Notes: generated by a model from the letters alone, not told the origin. Shown: positions 24,116 to 37,346, numbered from the stretch's first letter. The stretch is DNA of 64,000 nucleotides from Octopus bimaculoides (GCF_001194135.2 NC_069008.1:11750141-11814140); one strand, 5' to 3'. Numbers and translations are program-made.

Positions 24116-24517
24116 TAAATATATATCGTCATCACCATCATCGTTTAATGGCTATCTTCCACGCATGCATGGGTAGAATGATTGACAGGAGCTGGCCAGG
24201 TAGAAGAACTACCCTAGGCTACTGCATCTGTTTTGGCAGGGATTTTACAGCTGGATTCCCTTCCTAACACCAACCACTCCACAGAGTGAACTCAATGCTT
24301 TTTACATGGCACTTGCACAGGCGAGGTTAGTTTTGGCATGACTTTTACAGCTGGATGCCCTTCCAAATGCCAACCACGTTACAATGTGGACTGGATGCTT
24401 TTAACATGACACCGTCACTGGCAGGGTAACCAAGTAACTCACAAGATAAGGAATTATGAGGGGCAGGGCATTTGAGGTGGGACAAAGAAACAGAAGCAGG
24501 TGTCTTGCCACCACATA

Positions 24518-24719
24518 TATGAGGGGTGCTGGAAAGTTCCTGGCCTTAGGTTTAAAAAAAATGCAGGAGGATCAATTGATTATGATTCTATCCAACATAT
24601 GCCCTTCTCGGATTCACACACTGCAGCAGCCCATCAGTTTTTCTAAGCCCTGTAAAAGAACTCCAACCAGGCCATTCACAATACCCTTAAAGCCAGGAAC
24701 TTTTCAGCATTCCCTCATA
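24518..24719. mobile_element. Mariner-type MITE, copy 2
   Basis: TA-flanked TIRs tatgaggggtgctggaaagttcctggc / gccaggaacttttcagcattccctcata; interior homologous to copy 1. Confidence 0.75.
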
Positions 24720-24723
24720 TTAC

Positions 24724-25314
24724 ATTACAATATTGGGATCTTTTTTAAAACGGGGGCCACATTTTTCATTAACGAAACACTTTGAAACTTGGAACACTGG
24801 TAGAATGTGTCATATAAAACATCTTTTTCTCTTAGTCTTCTTAAAAAAAAAAGAAATCCCTAAGTTATTCCATGTTAAAGTTGTTGTATTTCTGTAATTT
24901 CAACCAATCACTGACGTCCATTCAGCCGATATACATTAAGTGCCGACTACATAAACAAACGATTCTGAAACAATTAACCCTAACCCTAACCCTAAGGTTA
25001 GGGTTAGGGTTAAAGCAAATTTAAAATGAAAAAAGCAAATAAAACGAAGGTATGGAGATTAAATACGCTTTACATCGCTTAATCAGCAAAGGAGTAAATG
25101 TAAACAACTGAATACTTGTCAGTGATTGGTTGAAATTATCGAAATAAGACAATTTTTTACATGAAATAAATTCGAATACAAAAATATTTTTCTGTTCTAT
25201 AACACAAAATAGATAAGTATACAAAGTTTGAAAGTCTTTTGGTACCAAAAACACTACGTAAAACATTAATGAAAAATGTGGCCCCCGTTTTAAAAAAGAT
25301 CCCAATATTGTAAT
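24724..25314. mobile_element. Foldback MITE with 49-bp perfect TIRs and a central telomeric-repeat palindrome
   Basis: TIR 24724-24772 = rc 25266-25314; inner IR 24896-24915 = rc 25118-25137; ttaaccctaaccctaacc-ctaa-ggttagggttagggttaa at 24974-25013. Confidence 0.85.
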
Positions 25315-27479
25315 TAATGTATAAACGTACTCAGTCATCATCTGCAGTCTGTATCTGTCTCATGGTCTGTGTAATCAAAGATAGTTTTATGGTGTGTCAC
25401 TTGGATGGCATTGGTGAACTACAATACTGAATTAGAACAAATGCCTGAAGTTTTAACTATTGTGAACTTATTTCATTATTGTAAAGATGACAGGTTACTT
25501 GGAATTGAACTAAGGAACATAAATAGAACATCTCTCATCATTTAATAGCTGTTTTCCATGCTGGCATCAATTAGCTTGGCAGGAACTAGCAAGGCCAGGG
25601 ACAACACCAGGTTCCATAGTCTGTTTTGGCATGGCTTTTACTGCTGGATGCCCTTCCTAATGCCAACCACTTTACAGAGTGTACTGGGTGCTTTTTATGT
25701 GGAACCAGCTCCAACACCAATGGCACTTTGGTTTTAGGATATCCTTTACATGGTACTTCGGTTTTAGAATAGAGCATTCTCACTAAAATCAGTGTTTAAA
25801 TTAACAGTACAGAAATAAAGATATTTCTTCTGTATTCTTCAAACTTTGAAGTTTGCCAATATTCTAAAGCACAAGGTTGTAAGACTGATGCACAAAAGGC
25901 CAAATCAAACAGTAAAAATCAAAACTAGAAAGTCTGTCTGCTATAGTGTCAAAATACCAGCAAGATGACCATGTAGTAACAGTGATATAATTGTAGAAAA
26001 CCATCAAACCAATCTCTCTGCAAGCATTCATCCAAGTGGAACCACTTCATTTCTCCTCAGCGGCCAATTATGATTTTTATTGGAATTCATTGCATAATTG
26101 GTATTTTTTATTATCTGCATGAAATTTAAAAGAATAATTACAAAAATTAAAGAGTTTATGTATATTAGATTGTATTATTTTTTATTGTTTACTTGTTTCA
26201 GTTGCTGGGCAATGGCCATGCTGGGGCACCATCTTGAAAGGTTTTGTCAAACAAATTGACACCAGTACTTTTTTTTTTTAGTCTGGTATTATCCTATCAG
26301 TCTCTTTTGCTGAACTACTAAATTACAGGGATGTAAGCCAACACTAGTCTTGTAAGTTAGTAACCCTGCTGGTGCCACATAAAAAGCATCCAGTCCACAC
26401 TGAAGTGGCTGGCATTTAGAAGGGCATCCAGCTGTAAACCCATGCCAAAACTGACCTCGCCTCTGCTGGTGTCATGTAAAAAGCACTCAGTCCACTGTGG
26501 GGTGGTTGGTGTTAGAAGGGCATCCAGCCATAAAAACCATACCAAATCAGACAATAGCCTGGGGGTAGTCTTCTACATGGTCAGCTCCTGTCAAACTCTC
26601 CAACCCATACCAGCATCGAAGGCAGTCATTAAATGATGATGTTGATGGGGAAAATAATGTTGTTTTTTTTTTACTCCCTCTCCCCCATCTTCTCCTCTCT
26701 GGACCGATTTTGGTAGATTTTGGGCGGGATGGGGGCAATATGCACTTAGAAACTATAAGAAAAGCCTTTTCAGTAAAAAAAAAAGTATTTTCAGATGAAA
26801 AGGTGTGTGATTTAAGGGAGATATGTTTTCGTTTCAAGCATATTCCATGAATAAGTTTTTGCTATTGATGAGGAGGAATATTGAAAAACATCAATACTTG
26901 TTAGAGTGACAAAGAAACGAGGAAAGTGGTAATGGGATATGCTAAAAACAACAGCCAAATTTCCCTTTAATCACACACCTTTGCATCCGAAATTTTCTTT
27001 TTTCATCAAAGAGGCTTCTATTATAGCTTTTAAATGCGTAGTGCCCACAAAATCGATCAAAATTGGTCTGGAGATGGGGAGAGATTAATAGAAACCATTT
27101 AAAAAAAGTTGGTCCGGAACATTTCCAAGGGCACCGGGAAAACAAAAAAGAATCTGAATAATCCCCTGTCAAAACGGAGAAATTCCAACTTGTCGGTGCT
27201 ACCCTATCTCCGACGTCCGCTGGCCGGTGTTTCATTTGTTCTTCGAATACATTTATTACCAGATTCTGAACATTCTTCTTAGAACCGTAACATATGCAAA
27301 GGTACCAATTTGTATTATATCTTCCAGCATTGTATTAAATCTATTAGATATAGCGTATATAAAACATTTACTAAATACCACTACATTTAACAGCGTTTTT
27401 TTCATATCATCATATTTTATTTATTTATTATTATTATCATTTGTGGGGAGGGGAATAATTCACATATGTTCCTGAAACA

Positions 27480-27860
27480 GCGTATATGCAAAGAAACTAA
27501 ATACATTTCGCCGTTTGTGTTTCCAAGTTAGTTTTTTAAGTTGCTGGTTGACACAAAGGCTTATGAGATTGTCTCTTGGTATTTGAAAGACATTTGGTTA
27601 ATTCAAGATATTTCCACACCGAACACTGGTATACACACACACACACACACATCTACATAAGGTAAGATATATTATTTAGTAAAAGTTGGTGAACATAAGT
27701 TACTAAAAAATGTTTGTTTATGATGAGATCGATATTAAATCCTGCACTGATTGCGAGAAATTGATAATTAAACAGATCTAATCAATAAGGTAATAAATCA
27801 ACGGCATATTTATTCATCACCATTCTCTTAACTACGATCTATAATTGTAAATCTACACTT
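27480..27860 (+). promoter_or_regulatory. Degenerate copy P1 of the tandem-array promoter/first-intron module (upstream of ZNF-C)
   Basis: Shares atattatttagta.aa.ttggtg...gagatcgatattaa...cactgattg with 40470-40630, 52260-52340 and 63200-63330; donor aag|gtaaga near 27660. Confidence 0.5.
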
Positions 27861-27884
27861 CCTTTCAATGAGTATGTAATCCTG

Positions 27885-28082
27885 TCTACTATAGACATGT
27901 ACAAGGAGAGGGGGCTTGTCGATTATGTCAACTCCAGTGCTTGGCTGGTACTTAGTTAAATCAATCCCGAAATGATGAAAGGCAGAGCCAGCCCCAGCGG
28001 AATTTGAATTGAGAAAGTAAAGTCGGATGAAATGTCGCTATGCATTTTGTCCAGTGAGTTAACGACTCTTCCAGCTCGCCGC
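27885..28082 (-). mobile_element. SINE family A
   Basis: Reverse complement of the family A head/body. Confidence 0.75.
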
Positions 28083-29379
28083 TTTAACCCTTTATTAGCA
28101 TTCAGAGTCTTTTGTCAAATGTTAATGCTTATTTATTCACATTTTTTTTTATCAATCATGCTTTATCTCGTTGCTTCACGATGTTGATATGATTGTTTGT
28201 TTCAAGAATGACATTGTAGCATATGTGTGAGAGGCTGGATCTGGTCAGTTTTAATGTAAAACAGGGATAATATTTTGGCCAGATATGGCCGGTTTAGATG
28301 CTAAAGTGTTCATGAACTTGTAATAGTAGGATGATAAACCCTTTCAAGTGTTCCACCCTGAAAATTTATTGGCGGGGATCTTGAATAGCACGCCCAGGGT
28401 GGCCCTTCAGTTTGTCATCCCCGATCTCCTACAAAGAATACATATTGCCTACAGCAGACCCAAAAATGATTCCGCCTGTGGGGGAACCCCTCCCACTTCT
28501 AGCTATGTTACTGGTAAGTTGTAGCATGCTGGTTAATTCATAGACCATGGAATAAATAATACAGTTAACATAACTTTTATTTACCTTTACAAGAAAAACA
28601 AGTTGTTTGACTCTGATAAATATCTGAATGTGAACATTTGAGAAGAAAGGAAAAATGCTTGCAGAAACATTCAGACTAAGGATTCAGTGCCTTTTGAATC
28701 CTGGATGTAGTCACTTCATGTGTGTGTTTGTATGTATGTGTGTGCACGCATCTGTGCGTGTATGTGTTAAGGTGTCCTGAATACCATTTATTCTAATGGT
28801 CATTTTAATATCTGCGTATGTAATTTTATTTTAGTTATGTTTTCCTTAAATCTTTCTCTGTGTGACTTTTTGAACTAACTATAATACATTCGTGGTGGAC
28901 ATAGGCAAAGTCAAAGAGCTGTGTGGGACAAGGGAAACAGAATTTTGGGTGACGTCTGATCTGTGTTAATTAATTACCAAATAGACTAATAACATTTTAA
29001 TACACATACATGTAGCAATACTAATATCCACCACCATCATCCTTTAACATTTGTTTTTCATGCTGGCATGGATTGGATGGCTTGATAGGAGCTGGTCAGC
29101 TGGAGAGTTTTCCAGGGTCCAATTATCTGTTTTGGCATGGTTTCCTATGGCTGCAGCCCTTCTTAATGCCAGCCACTTTACAGAGCATATTGGGTGCTTT
29201 CTTATGTATGTGCTCCAACATGAAGGCATTTATGTGGCACCAGCACAAGTGCATCTTATGGCACTGGCATGAGTGCATTTTACATGACACTGGCACCTGT
29301 GTGACAAAGACCTCTCAGCTTGGAGAGGGAGTGTGGATATGGCCATAAAGGTCATACTTATAATATGTGTGGATAGCTT

Positions 29380-29610
29380 CGATTTTACTTACCTTGATGT
29401 GTCTTCTCAAGCAGAGCAAATTGCCACAAGTCTGGGTCCTTTGTCATCTCATCAGTGAGGCTCAGCATCGAAAGATCCTTTCTCACCACTTCATCCCATG
29501 GGTCTACCCCTTCCACGGGTTCCTTCCATAAATAGAGATCATCACTTCTCTATGGAGCTGCCCTCATCACATGACCATACCAGCACACAATATTTATTAA
29601 TGAATGACAG
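29380..29610 (-). mobile_element. RTE-LINE coding 3' end remnant
   Basis: Reverse complement reads CWYGHVMR..EGTRGRGRP..WDEVVRKDL. Confidence 0.7.
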
Positions 29611-30020
29611 GAAAACAGGAATCATGTAATTGACTTCATTAGCTTTCAGGTGTTTCTGCTATATGAAGATAAATGTATGTTGGCTTTCGTAGGATTTTCG
29701 AGCGAGATCATTGCCAGTGCCCCTGGACTGGCTCCTGTGCGGGTGGCACATAAAATACACCATTTTGAGCATGGCCGTTGCCAGTACCGCCTGACTGGCC
29801 TTCGTGCGGATGACACATAAAAGCACCCACTACACTCTCGGAGTGGTTAGCGTTAGGAAGGGCATCCAGCTGTAGAAACTCTGCCAAATCAGATTGGAGG
29901 CTGGTGTAGCCATCCGGTTTCACCAGTCCTCAGTCAAATCGTCCAACCCATGCCAGCATGGAATGCGGACGTTAAACAATAATGATGATGATGATATATA
30001 TATGTATATATATATATATA

Positions 30021-30071
<51 letters not shown>

Positions 30072-30220
30072 ATTATTATTATTCCATTTAGGCAGAGTGA
30101 CACTACTAACTGGGTGTTAGAATTCAGTGTGTATATGCTTCAGAATGAAGCCTCTGTCAAGTACAGAGCAGATAAATGGGAAACTAAAATGACAAACAAG
30201 TAAGAAATATGAATTCCATT

Positions 30221-30301
30221 AGCTTATAGCCATTTCTGCTATAAGATGCAATGCTCTCATAGTTGAATGCTTGTACATCACTCTATAGCTTCATCAGAGC
30301 T
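30221..30301 (-). ncRNA. Type I hammerhead ribozyme motif with long stem II (A/A variant)
   Basis: AGCU-CUGAUGA-A-GCUAUA(hairpin insert)UAUAGC-A-GAAA-UGGCUA-U-A-AGCU; stem I 4 bp perfect, stem II base 6 bp perfect, predicted AUA cleavage triplet. Confidence 0.6.
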
Positions 30302-30531
30302 TTGAACTTAAAGTGCAATAATTTCTTATTCCTTTGTCATTCTAATTTCTTATTACTGCTATGTATATGTATACATGCATACATACATACATACATACAT
30401 ATATATATATTTATATTTTATTTCTTTCAGTTATTAGACTGTGGCCATGTTGGAGCATCACACTGGAGAATTTTAGTCAAACAAGTCACCCCCAATACTT
30501 ATTTTTTTTAAAGCCTGGTACTTATTCTGTT

Positions 30532-30794
30532 GTGGAGGCACGTGGCTTAGTGGTTAGGGTCTCAGCATCATGATCGTAAAATTGTGGTTTCGATTCCTGG
30601 ACTGGGCAACGCGTTGTGTTCTTGAGCAAAACACTTCATTTCACATTGCTCCAGTCCACTCAGCTGGCAAAAATGAGTAACGCTGCGATGGACTGGCGTC
30701 CCGTCCAGCTGGGGAACACATACGCCATTGAAACCGGGAAACCAGGCCCATGAGCCTGGCTAGGCTTTAAAAGGGCGCATTTATTTTTTTATTT
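30532..30794 (+). mobile_element. tRNA-derived SINE nested in a family B SINE, 13-bp TSD
   Basis: tacttattctgtt is duplicated at 30519-30531 and 30795-30807; A-box tggcttagtgg, B-box gtttcgattcc. Confidence 0.85.
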
Positions 30795-30904
30795 TACTTA
30801 TTCTGTTAGTCTCTTCTGCCAAGCTAGGAAGTTACAGGAATGTAAATACACCTACACCAGTTATCAAGCAGATACACACACACATATATATACCATTATT
30901 GTCA

Positions 30905-31530
30905 TCATCATCATTTAATGTCCATGCTGGCACAGGTTGTATGGTCTGACCAGAGCTGGCAAGATGGGGAACTGCACCAGTTTCCAATCGGATTTCACAT
31001 GGTTTCTACGACTGGAAGCCCTTCTATGACTGGATGCTCTTCTATGGTTGGATGCCCTTTGGCTGGATCCCCTTTACAGAGTGTGCCGGGTGATTTTACA
31101 TGGTGCCACACAGGTGCTTTTATGTGACACTGTGATAAGTGCTTTTTACATGACTCTGGCACAGAACTCTTGCAGGTCAGTCCTCACCACAAGGGAGACA
31201 GGGGCACAGGTCACAACACTTCTGTGTGAAGTATGGGGTTTCTTGAGTACATCTAGGTGCCAGGCATCTTGGTCCTTTGTTGTCTTGTCTGAAAGGTTCA
31301 GCAACCTGAGGTCGTTCTTCAGTACTTCGTCCCATGTCTTCCACTTCTACTTTGAAAGATCAGCACTTCTTTAAGGAGCTGTCAGCATCCATCTGCATCA
31401 CATGACCACACCAGTGCAGTCTTCTCTCTTGCACACAGCAACTAATTCCTCTTATACCTAATTTCTCTCTCGAAGCACTAGCTCCCTGTCAAACACGTAC
31501 ACTTACATTACACATCCAGCAGAGCATGCT
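30905..31530 (-). mobile_element. RTE-LINE 3' end
   Basis: Reverse complement contains LHWCGHVMQMDA and KTWDEVLKNDL, then the tail. Confidence 0.75.
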
Positions 31531-31646
31531 AGCCTCATTCTTCTTTAACTTTTGCATCTCCTCTGCATTTAGGGCTCACATATATATGCACTTATATATA
31601 TCATCATCATCATCATCATCGTTATCATCATTTAATGATGATGGTG

Positions 31647-31678
<32 letters not shown>

Positions 31679-31825
31679 GTATGTACACACACACATACAT
31701 TAGATAAGTTCAATTATTCCAATACAGCATTTACATCTATAATAAAATGTAAAAATTTCAACTGTTGTATCTTTACATTGTAAATATCCTCCACATCTTA
31801 CAATTCATGTTTCTCCCTTATTTTC

Positions 31826-32170
31826 AGAATATCAGAAACAGCAGAGAGTTGTTTACATCATATTCATCAACAATATTTATTATATTTGCAAGACTAAAGT
31901 ATAATGCTACACAGAATCAATACAATCCTGTTTAAATAAATCTATGGTAGAATACCATTGATAACTATTTAATAAATACCATAGATAAATATTTTTTTAG
32001 AACTAAGATAAATATTGTTTGTCTTCTTCACTACTTGAAATGTTTACACATTGATCTTGCTTACTAATTTCTAATTTGAATTTTGCATTGTATAAGACGA
32101 TTTCACATATGTTTGAAAGCTTGTAGTATCTTCAGATTGTAGTATCATCAATATTTATCTTCTTTCTAAG
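31826..32170 (+). pseudogene. Orphan copy of the ZNF terminal-exon 5'UTR (acceptor present, finger ORF absent)
   Basis: ttttcAG|aatatcagaaac.. is homologous to 33064, 41421 and 55292; no fingers follow. Confidence 0.6.
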
Positions 32171-32184
32171 GTTAAATGGACTGC

Positions 32185-32530
32185 TCTAAAGCAGGACTTC
32201 ACTGAAGAAGGTTATGCTTTCAAGTTGGTGGGATGTGAATGGTGTTGTTTTTAACAAATTTTTCCCCATTGGCAGTACCATCAGTTTGGATGTGTACTGT
32301 GATTAGCCTGACAAATTAAACACAGCAGTTCACCAGAATCATCCAGCACTTGCTAACCGTTTGGTATTGTCTTTCATCATGACAATACTAGACTACACAT
32401 TTCTTTGCAGAAGTTACTGGGGTTTGGCTGGGACATTTTGCTGCAACCCCCCACCACCACCACCACCACCACATTCGCCCAACCTTGCACCTTCAGATTT
32501 CCACCTGTTTCAGTCTCTTCAAACATCATT
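32185..32530 (+). mobile_element. Mariner transposase fragment
   Basis: KVMLSSWWDVNGVV..., GIVFHHDNTRLH, HSPNLAPSDFHLFQSL. Confidence 0.85.
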
Positions 32531-32690
32531 GAAATTATTGGTCCATCATTACAGTATTTACTTTGTGATGCTATACACACACCTTTTCAAAATAGAAAAA
32601 AGAAATACTTTGGTTAAGTTTAATTATTGTACTAAAGTGTTTACATCTAAAATTTTAATAAAAAATGTAAGATTTTGACTGGTGTATCTC

Positions 32691-33063
32691 NNNNNNNNNN
32701 NNNNNNNNNNNNNNNNNNNNNNNNNNNNNNNNNNNNNNNNNNNNNNNNNNNNNNNNNNNNNNNNNNNNNNNNNNNNNNNNNNNNNNNNNNNNNNNNNNNN
32801 NNNNNNNNNNNNNNNNNNNNNNNNNNNNNNNNNNNNNNNNNNNNNNNNNNNNNNNNNNNNNNNNNNNNNNNNNNNNNNNNNNNNNNNNNNNNNNNNNNNN
32901 NNNNNNNNNNNNNNNNNNNNNNNNNNNNNNNNNNNNNNNNNNNNNNNNNNNNNNNNNNNNNNNNNNNNNNNNNNNNNNNNNNNNNNNNNNNNNNNNNNNN
33001 NNNNNNNNNNNNNNNNNNNNNNNNNNNNNNNNNNNNNNNNNNNNNNNNNNNNNNNNNNNNNNN
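32691..33063. other. Assembly gap (other gaps: 14701-14710, 35707-35747, 37970-37979, 58699-59165, 61777-61786, 62830-62923)
   Basis: Runs of N. Confidence 1.
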
Positions 33064-33435
33064 AGAATATCAGAAACAACAAAGAATTATTTATATCAAT
33101 ATACATCATCAATAGATGTCTTCTTTTCAAGTCTAAATGGAAATTTTACACAGAACAGATACAATACTGTTTATATAAAGCTAAGATGGACTACAGATAA
33201 ATATTTCTCTGGAACTGTTGTCATACCAACTCTTGTTTACTTCACTGCTTTGATTGTTTGCCCACTGATCTTGCATTACACTTTCACTTTTCCACTGTGT
33301 AAGATGATTTTACATAGTTCTTAAACTTGGAAGAATTTTCAAAGAAATTTACAGCATTCTCAGATCACACTTGATGAAAATATAGTAGTAATATTTATTA
33401 GGAATAAAGTATATTGTGGTAAGAAAAGGAAAATT

Positions 33436-34791
33436 ATGGAAAAGGAATTAAGTGAGAACATGGCTAAATGTGAGACACAGACCAAAAGGATTGATTTTCC
33501 TGATGGTGAAAAGAATGAGAAAGGGAAAACCTCATACAATTGTGATATCTGTGGCACATCATTCTCTCGAAATAGCAGCTTAGCCAATCATAAATGTATT
33601 CATACAGGAGAGAAACCATATCAGTGTGATATCTGTGATAAATCATTCTCTCTGAAAGGTAACCTAATAACTCATCAACGTATCCATACAGGAGAGAGGC
33701 CATATCACTGTGATGTCTGTGGCAAATCATTCTCTCAAAGTGTTCACTTAACAAAACACATACGCATTCACACAGGGGAAAAGCCGTATTTCTGTGACGT
33801 CTGTGGTAAATCATTCTCCGAGAATGGTACCTTAACTAGACATAAACGTATTCATACAGTAAAGAAACCATATCAATGTGATATCTGCAAGAAATCATTC
33901 TCTGATGGAATCCGTTTCACTAAACACAAGCGCATTCATACAGGAGAGAAACAATATCACTGTGATATCTGTGGTAAATCATTCTCTCGTAGATATACTC
34001 TAATGAGCCATAATCATATTCATACAGGAGAGAAACCATATCACTGTGACATCTGTGGTAAATCTTTTTCCCTTGGACGTGTTTTAACTACTCACAAGCG
34101 CATTCATACAGGAGAGAAGCCATATCGTTGTGATATCTGTGATAAATCATTCTCTGAAGCTGGTCACTTAACAAGACACAAACGCATTCATACAGGACTG
34201 AAGCTATATCACTGTGATACCTGTGATAAATCGTTCTCCCAAAAAGATAACTTAATTACTCACCAACGTATTCATACAGGAGAGAAACCATATCACTGTG
34301 ATATCTGTGGTAATTCATTCTCGCATAGATATTCCCTAACTATTCACAAACATCTTCATACAGGAGAGAAACCATATCATTGTGATGTCTGTGGTAATTC
34401 GTTTTCTTATGGGCATACTTTAGCTACTCACAAACACATCCACACTGGAGAGAAACCATATCACTGTGGTGTCTGTGGTAAATCATTCTCGGAAAGTAGT
34501 TACTTAACTAAACACAAGCGCATTCATACAGGAGAGAAACGATATCACTGTGACGTCTGTGGTAAATCCTTCTCTCAAAAACATAACTTAGTCACTCACA
34601 AACGAATTCATACTGGAGAAAAACCATATCACTGTGAAATCTGTGGTAAATCCTTTTCTGGACGCGTTTACTTAACTAAACATAAGCGCACACATACAGG
34701 AAGGAAACCTTATCACTGTGATGTCTGTGGTGAATCATTTTCTCAAAAACGTCAATTGAGTGAACATGCTTCTACTCATACAGAACAGTAA
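33436..34791 (+). CDS. C2H2 zinc-finger protein C (451 aa; 15 fingers)
   Basis: Intact ORF; N-terminus [14 protein letters not shown] is paralogous to D and F; AATAAA at 34890-34895. Confidence 0.93.
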   Translation: MEKELSENMAKCETQTKRIDFPDGEKNEKGKTSYNCDICGTSFSRNSSLANHKCIHTGEKPYQCDICDKSFSLKGNLITHQRIHTGERPYHCDVCGKSFSQSVHLTKHIRIHTGEKPYFCDVCGKSFSENGTLTRHKRIHTVKKPYQCDICKKSFSDGIRFTKHKRIHTGEKQYHCDICGKSFSRRYTLMSHNHIHTGEKPYHCDICGKSFSLGRVLTTHKRIHTGEKPYRCDICDKSFSEAGHLTRHKRIHTGLKLYHCDTCDKSFSQKDNLITHQRIHTGEKPYHCDICGNSFSHRYSLTIHKHLHTGEKPYHCDVCGNSFSYGHTLATHKHIHTGEKPYHCGVCGKSFSESSYLTKHKRIHTGEKRYHCDVCGKSFSQKHNLVTHKRIHTGEKPYHCEICGKSFSGRVYLTKHKRTHTGRKPYHCDVCGESFSQKRQLSEHASTHTEQ

Positions 34792-36159
34792 CTTTATTGA
34801 AATATAGAGACATAGTATGTACAGTGTAACAAGCACTGCATGTATAACTCTACTTTTTCTTGATCTTATTATGACCCTACATTTTGCTGAATAAATTGTT
34901 TCTGTTTTATTGTTCATCGGTGTAATCAATAGTTTTATCACCAATGGATAATGTCTCATTGGAATAGTCTAGAAACTTTATGAATACCCATTACAAGTAC
35001 CCTACATAATATTTGTATCTTTTATGCTCTCAAATATGCTAACTTCTTTCTTAGTGTTTTGAATATATTTAAACAGGAAAATTCTCAACTAAAAAGAATA
35101 TGAAGGAAGGATTTAATTAAAAAGAATTGATGATGGTGCAACATTAAAATTACTGGTGATGTACCATGAAAAAAAGCACTGGTGTTGGGAGTCATGTAAA
35201 AAGCACCCAGTACATTCTGAAAAGTAGTTGGTGTTATGAAGGGCATCCAACTGTAGAAACCAAGCTAAAACAGACTGTGGAACCTGGTGACTTGACAGGT
35301 GCCTTGCCAGCTCCTGTCAAGCTGTCCACCCCTGCCAGCATGGAAAATGGACACGCAACAATGATGATGATCAATATTGATACATTGGAGTAGACACACG
35401 ACTTCATCAGTCATGAATGACCATGGGTGCACCTAAGAGGTTCCCCTCCAGGGTACAAGTCTGGGCGGAAAGTCCCCTCACCGGCAAACACACAACCTAG
35501 GGTTGTTTTTATGGAACACTCGCAGTTGCCCATGCATACCAGCCTCCCCTCTCCACGCCACCAATGTTATCCAAGGGAAAGGCAAAGGAGCCAATACAGC
35601 TTCACACCAGTGACGTCACAGCTCATTTCTACAGCTGAGTGAACTGGAGCAATGTGAAATCAAGTGTCTTGCTCAAGAACACAACATGCTGCCCAGTCCG
35701 GGATTCNNNNNNNNNNNNNNNNNNNNNNNNNNNNNNNNNNNNNNNNNAAATATGTACTTTGTAGGTTTGCCTTTCCTTTCCTTTTTTCTTTTTTTTTGGG
35801 GGGGGAGGGTTCATTCATTAATTGTTTAATCATATTCTTCTCATTGTTCTTATTAGTAAATATAGTAACTTTATGAATATTGATATTTTCAAATATGCAT
35901 CAACTTGTAGTAATATGCCAATAAAAAAGAAAGAAAAATTAATTTGATGAACAAAAATTAAATGCTGCATGTTGCTGCACTGTTTTTATTGCAGTTGTCA
36001 GAATTTATTTTGTGGGGGAAAAAAATCTTATGTAATAATAAATGGTATTCACAGAAGAAAGAAGATACAGAGTGCAGCAAAAAAAAATTCCTCCCCCATG
36101 AGCTATATAAAGATATTTTTACCACTGACTAATTTCACTAGTGGTATGAAATGGTATAA

Positions 36160-36480
36160 AACATGGTTCTCACAAATTTTTTGCCTATGAACCCCTTTGA
36201 TTACTTTTATATTCTGGTGGACCCAGATAGCCATTCGATGTTTAAAAACTGGTTTAATAGATGCTTTTCAACATTCCTATGTTGTTTTACAGACATTAAC
36301 TTGTGTGGGTTGAACTGTGTTAAACATTAGAGAAAGAAACCTTGCTGTTTCTTGCAACAAATACATCTAAAGCAGAATTGTTTCATGGCCCCTTAATGAA
36401 CTCCTCTGGATCGCCAACTTACTATTTTACTTGTGTAGACCTCCCCAAAAGTCTTACATAAACCCTAGTCGAGAACCATT
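36160..36480. mobile_element. hAT-like MITE
   Basis: Ends catggttctc / gagaaccattg; interior homologous to 20615-20934. Confidence 0.6.
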
Positions 36481-36973
36481 GTTAAATATACCAAAAACCT
36501 CTCATGTTTTATATGGCTGTTGATGTGGTGCTAGTGATGTTAGGTAGATGCATTAGCATATCTAGCAGGGGGTGGGGTCCACCCTGGGTGGCCCATTTGA
36601 GTCTGCTCTAGGCAATATGTGTTTTTTGTGGGGTCCGGAGGCAGCAAATGGAAGGGCCACCCCAGGTGGCACACACTCTGGCTACACTAGTGGGGAGATA
36701 GTAACAATGTCTTCATGTATCTAATGTTGGAGAGGTCTTTTTGCTACATGTATGGTAGTGTGTGATAACAAACTCCTTATATCATAGTTTATATAACCAC
36801 AACCACAACTATACATTGGTGAGGTAATTTACCACTATCTTATTTTTTTACTAGCTTAAAAGCTGCACTTTGCATAGACTTTCAAGCTAGCTCCTGTGAA
36901 GAGCAAATTGGTCTTGCAGCCCCTAAAGGGAGCAATAATAATAAAGCATTTATTGGTACCCTACCAATGTAGT

Positions 36974-37346
36974 TGTTGTTGGCACTCTGTCAAGGGTTCC
37001 AGTTAATACAATCAACGGAACAGCCTGCTCATGAAATTAACGTGCAAGTGGCTGAGCACTCCACAGACACGTGTACCCTTAACGTAGTTCTCGGGGGATA
37101 TTCAGCGTGACACAGTGTGACAAGGCTGACCCTTTGAATTACAGGCACAACAGAAACAGGAAGAAAGAGTGAGAGAAAATTGTGGTGGAAGAGTACAACA
37201 GGGTTCGCCACCATCCCCTGCCAGAGCCTTGTGGAGCTTTAGGTGTTTTCGCTCAATAAACACTCACAACGCCCAGTCTAGGAATCGAAACCCCAATCCT
37301 ATGACCGCGAGTCCGCTGCCCTAACCACTGGGTCATTGCGCCTCCA
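36974..37346 (-). mobile_element. tRNA-derived SINE family D, 13-bp TSD
   Basis: ctaccaatgtagt at 36961-36973 and 37347-37359; (CAA) tail; siblings at 44779, 45403 and 58465. Confidence 0.9.

Noticed and set aside
24974-25013. Ancient chromosome end-to-end fusion site
   Set aside because: Only about three repeats per side and enclosed by perfect TIRs, which fits a mobile element better.
32624-33200. Long ORFs in the track here and at 58515-59236 and 62567-63022
   Set aside because: Artefacts of N runs translated as X.
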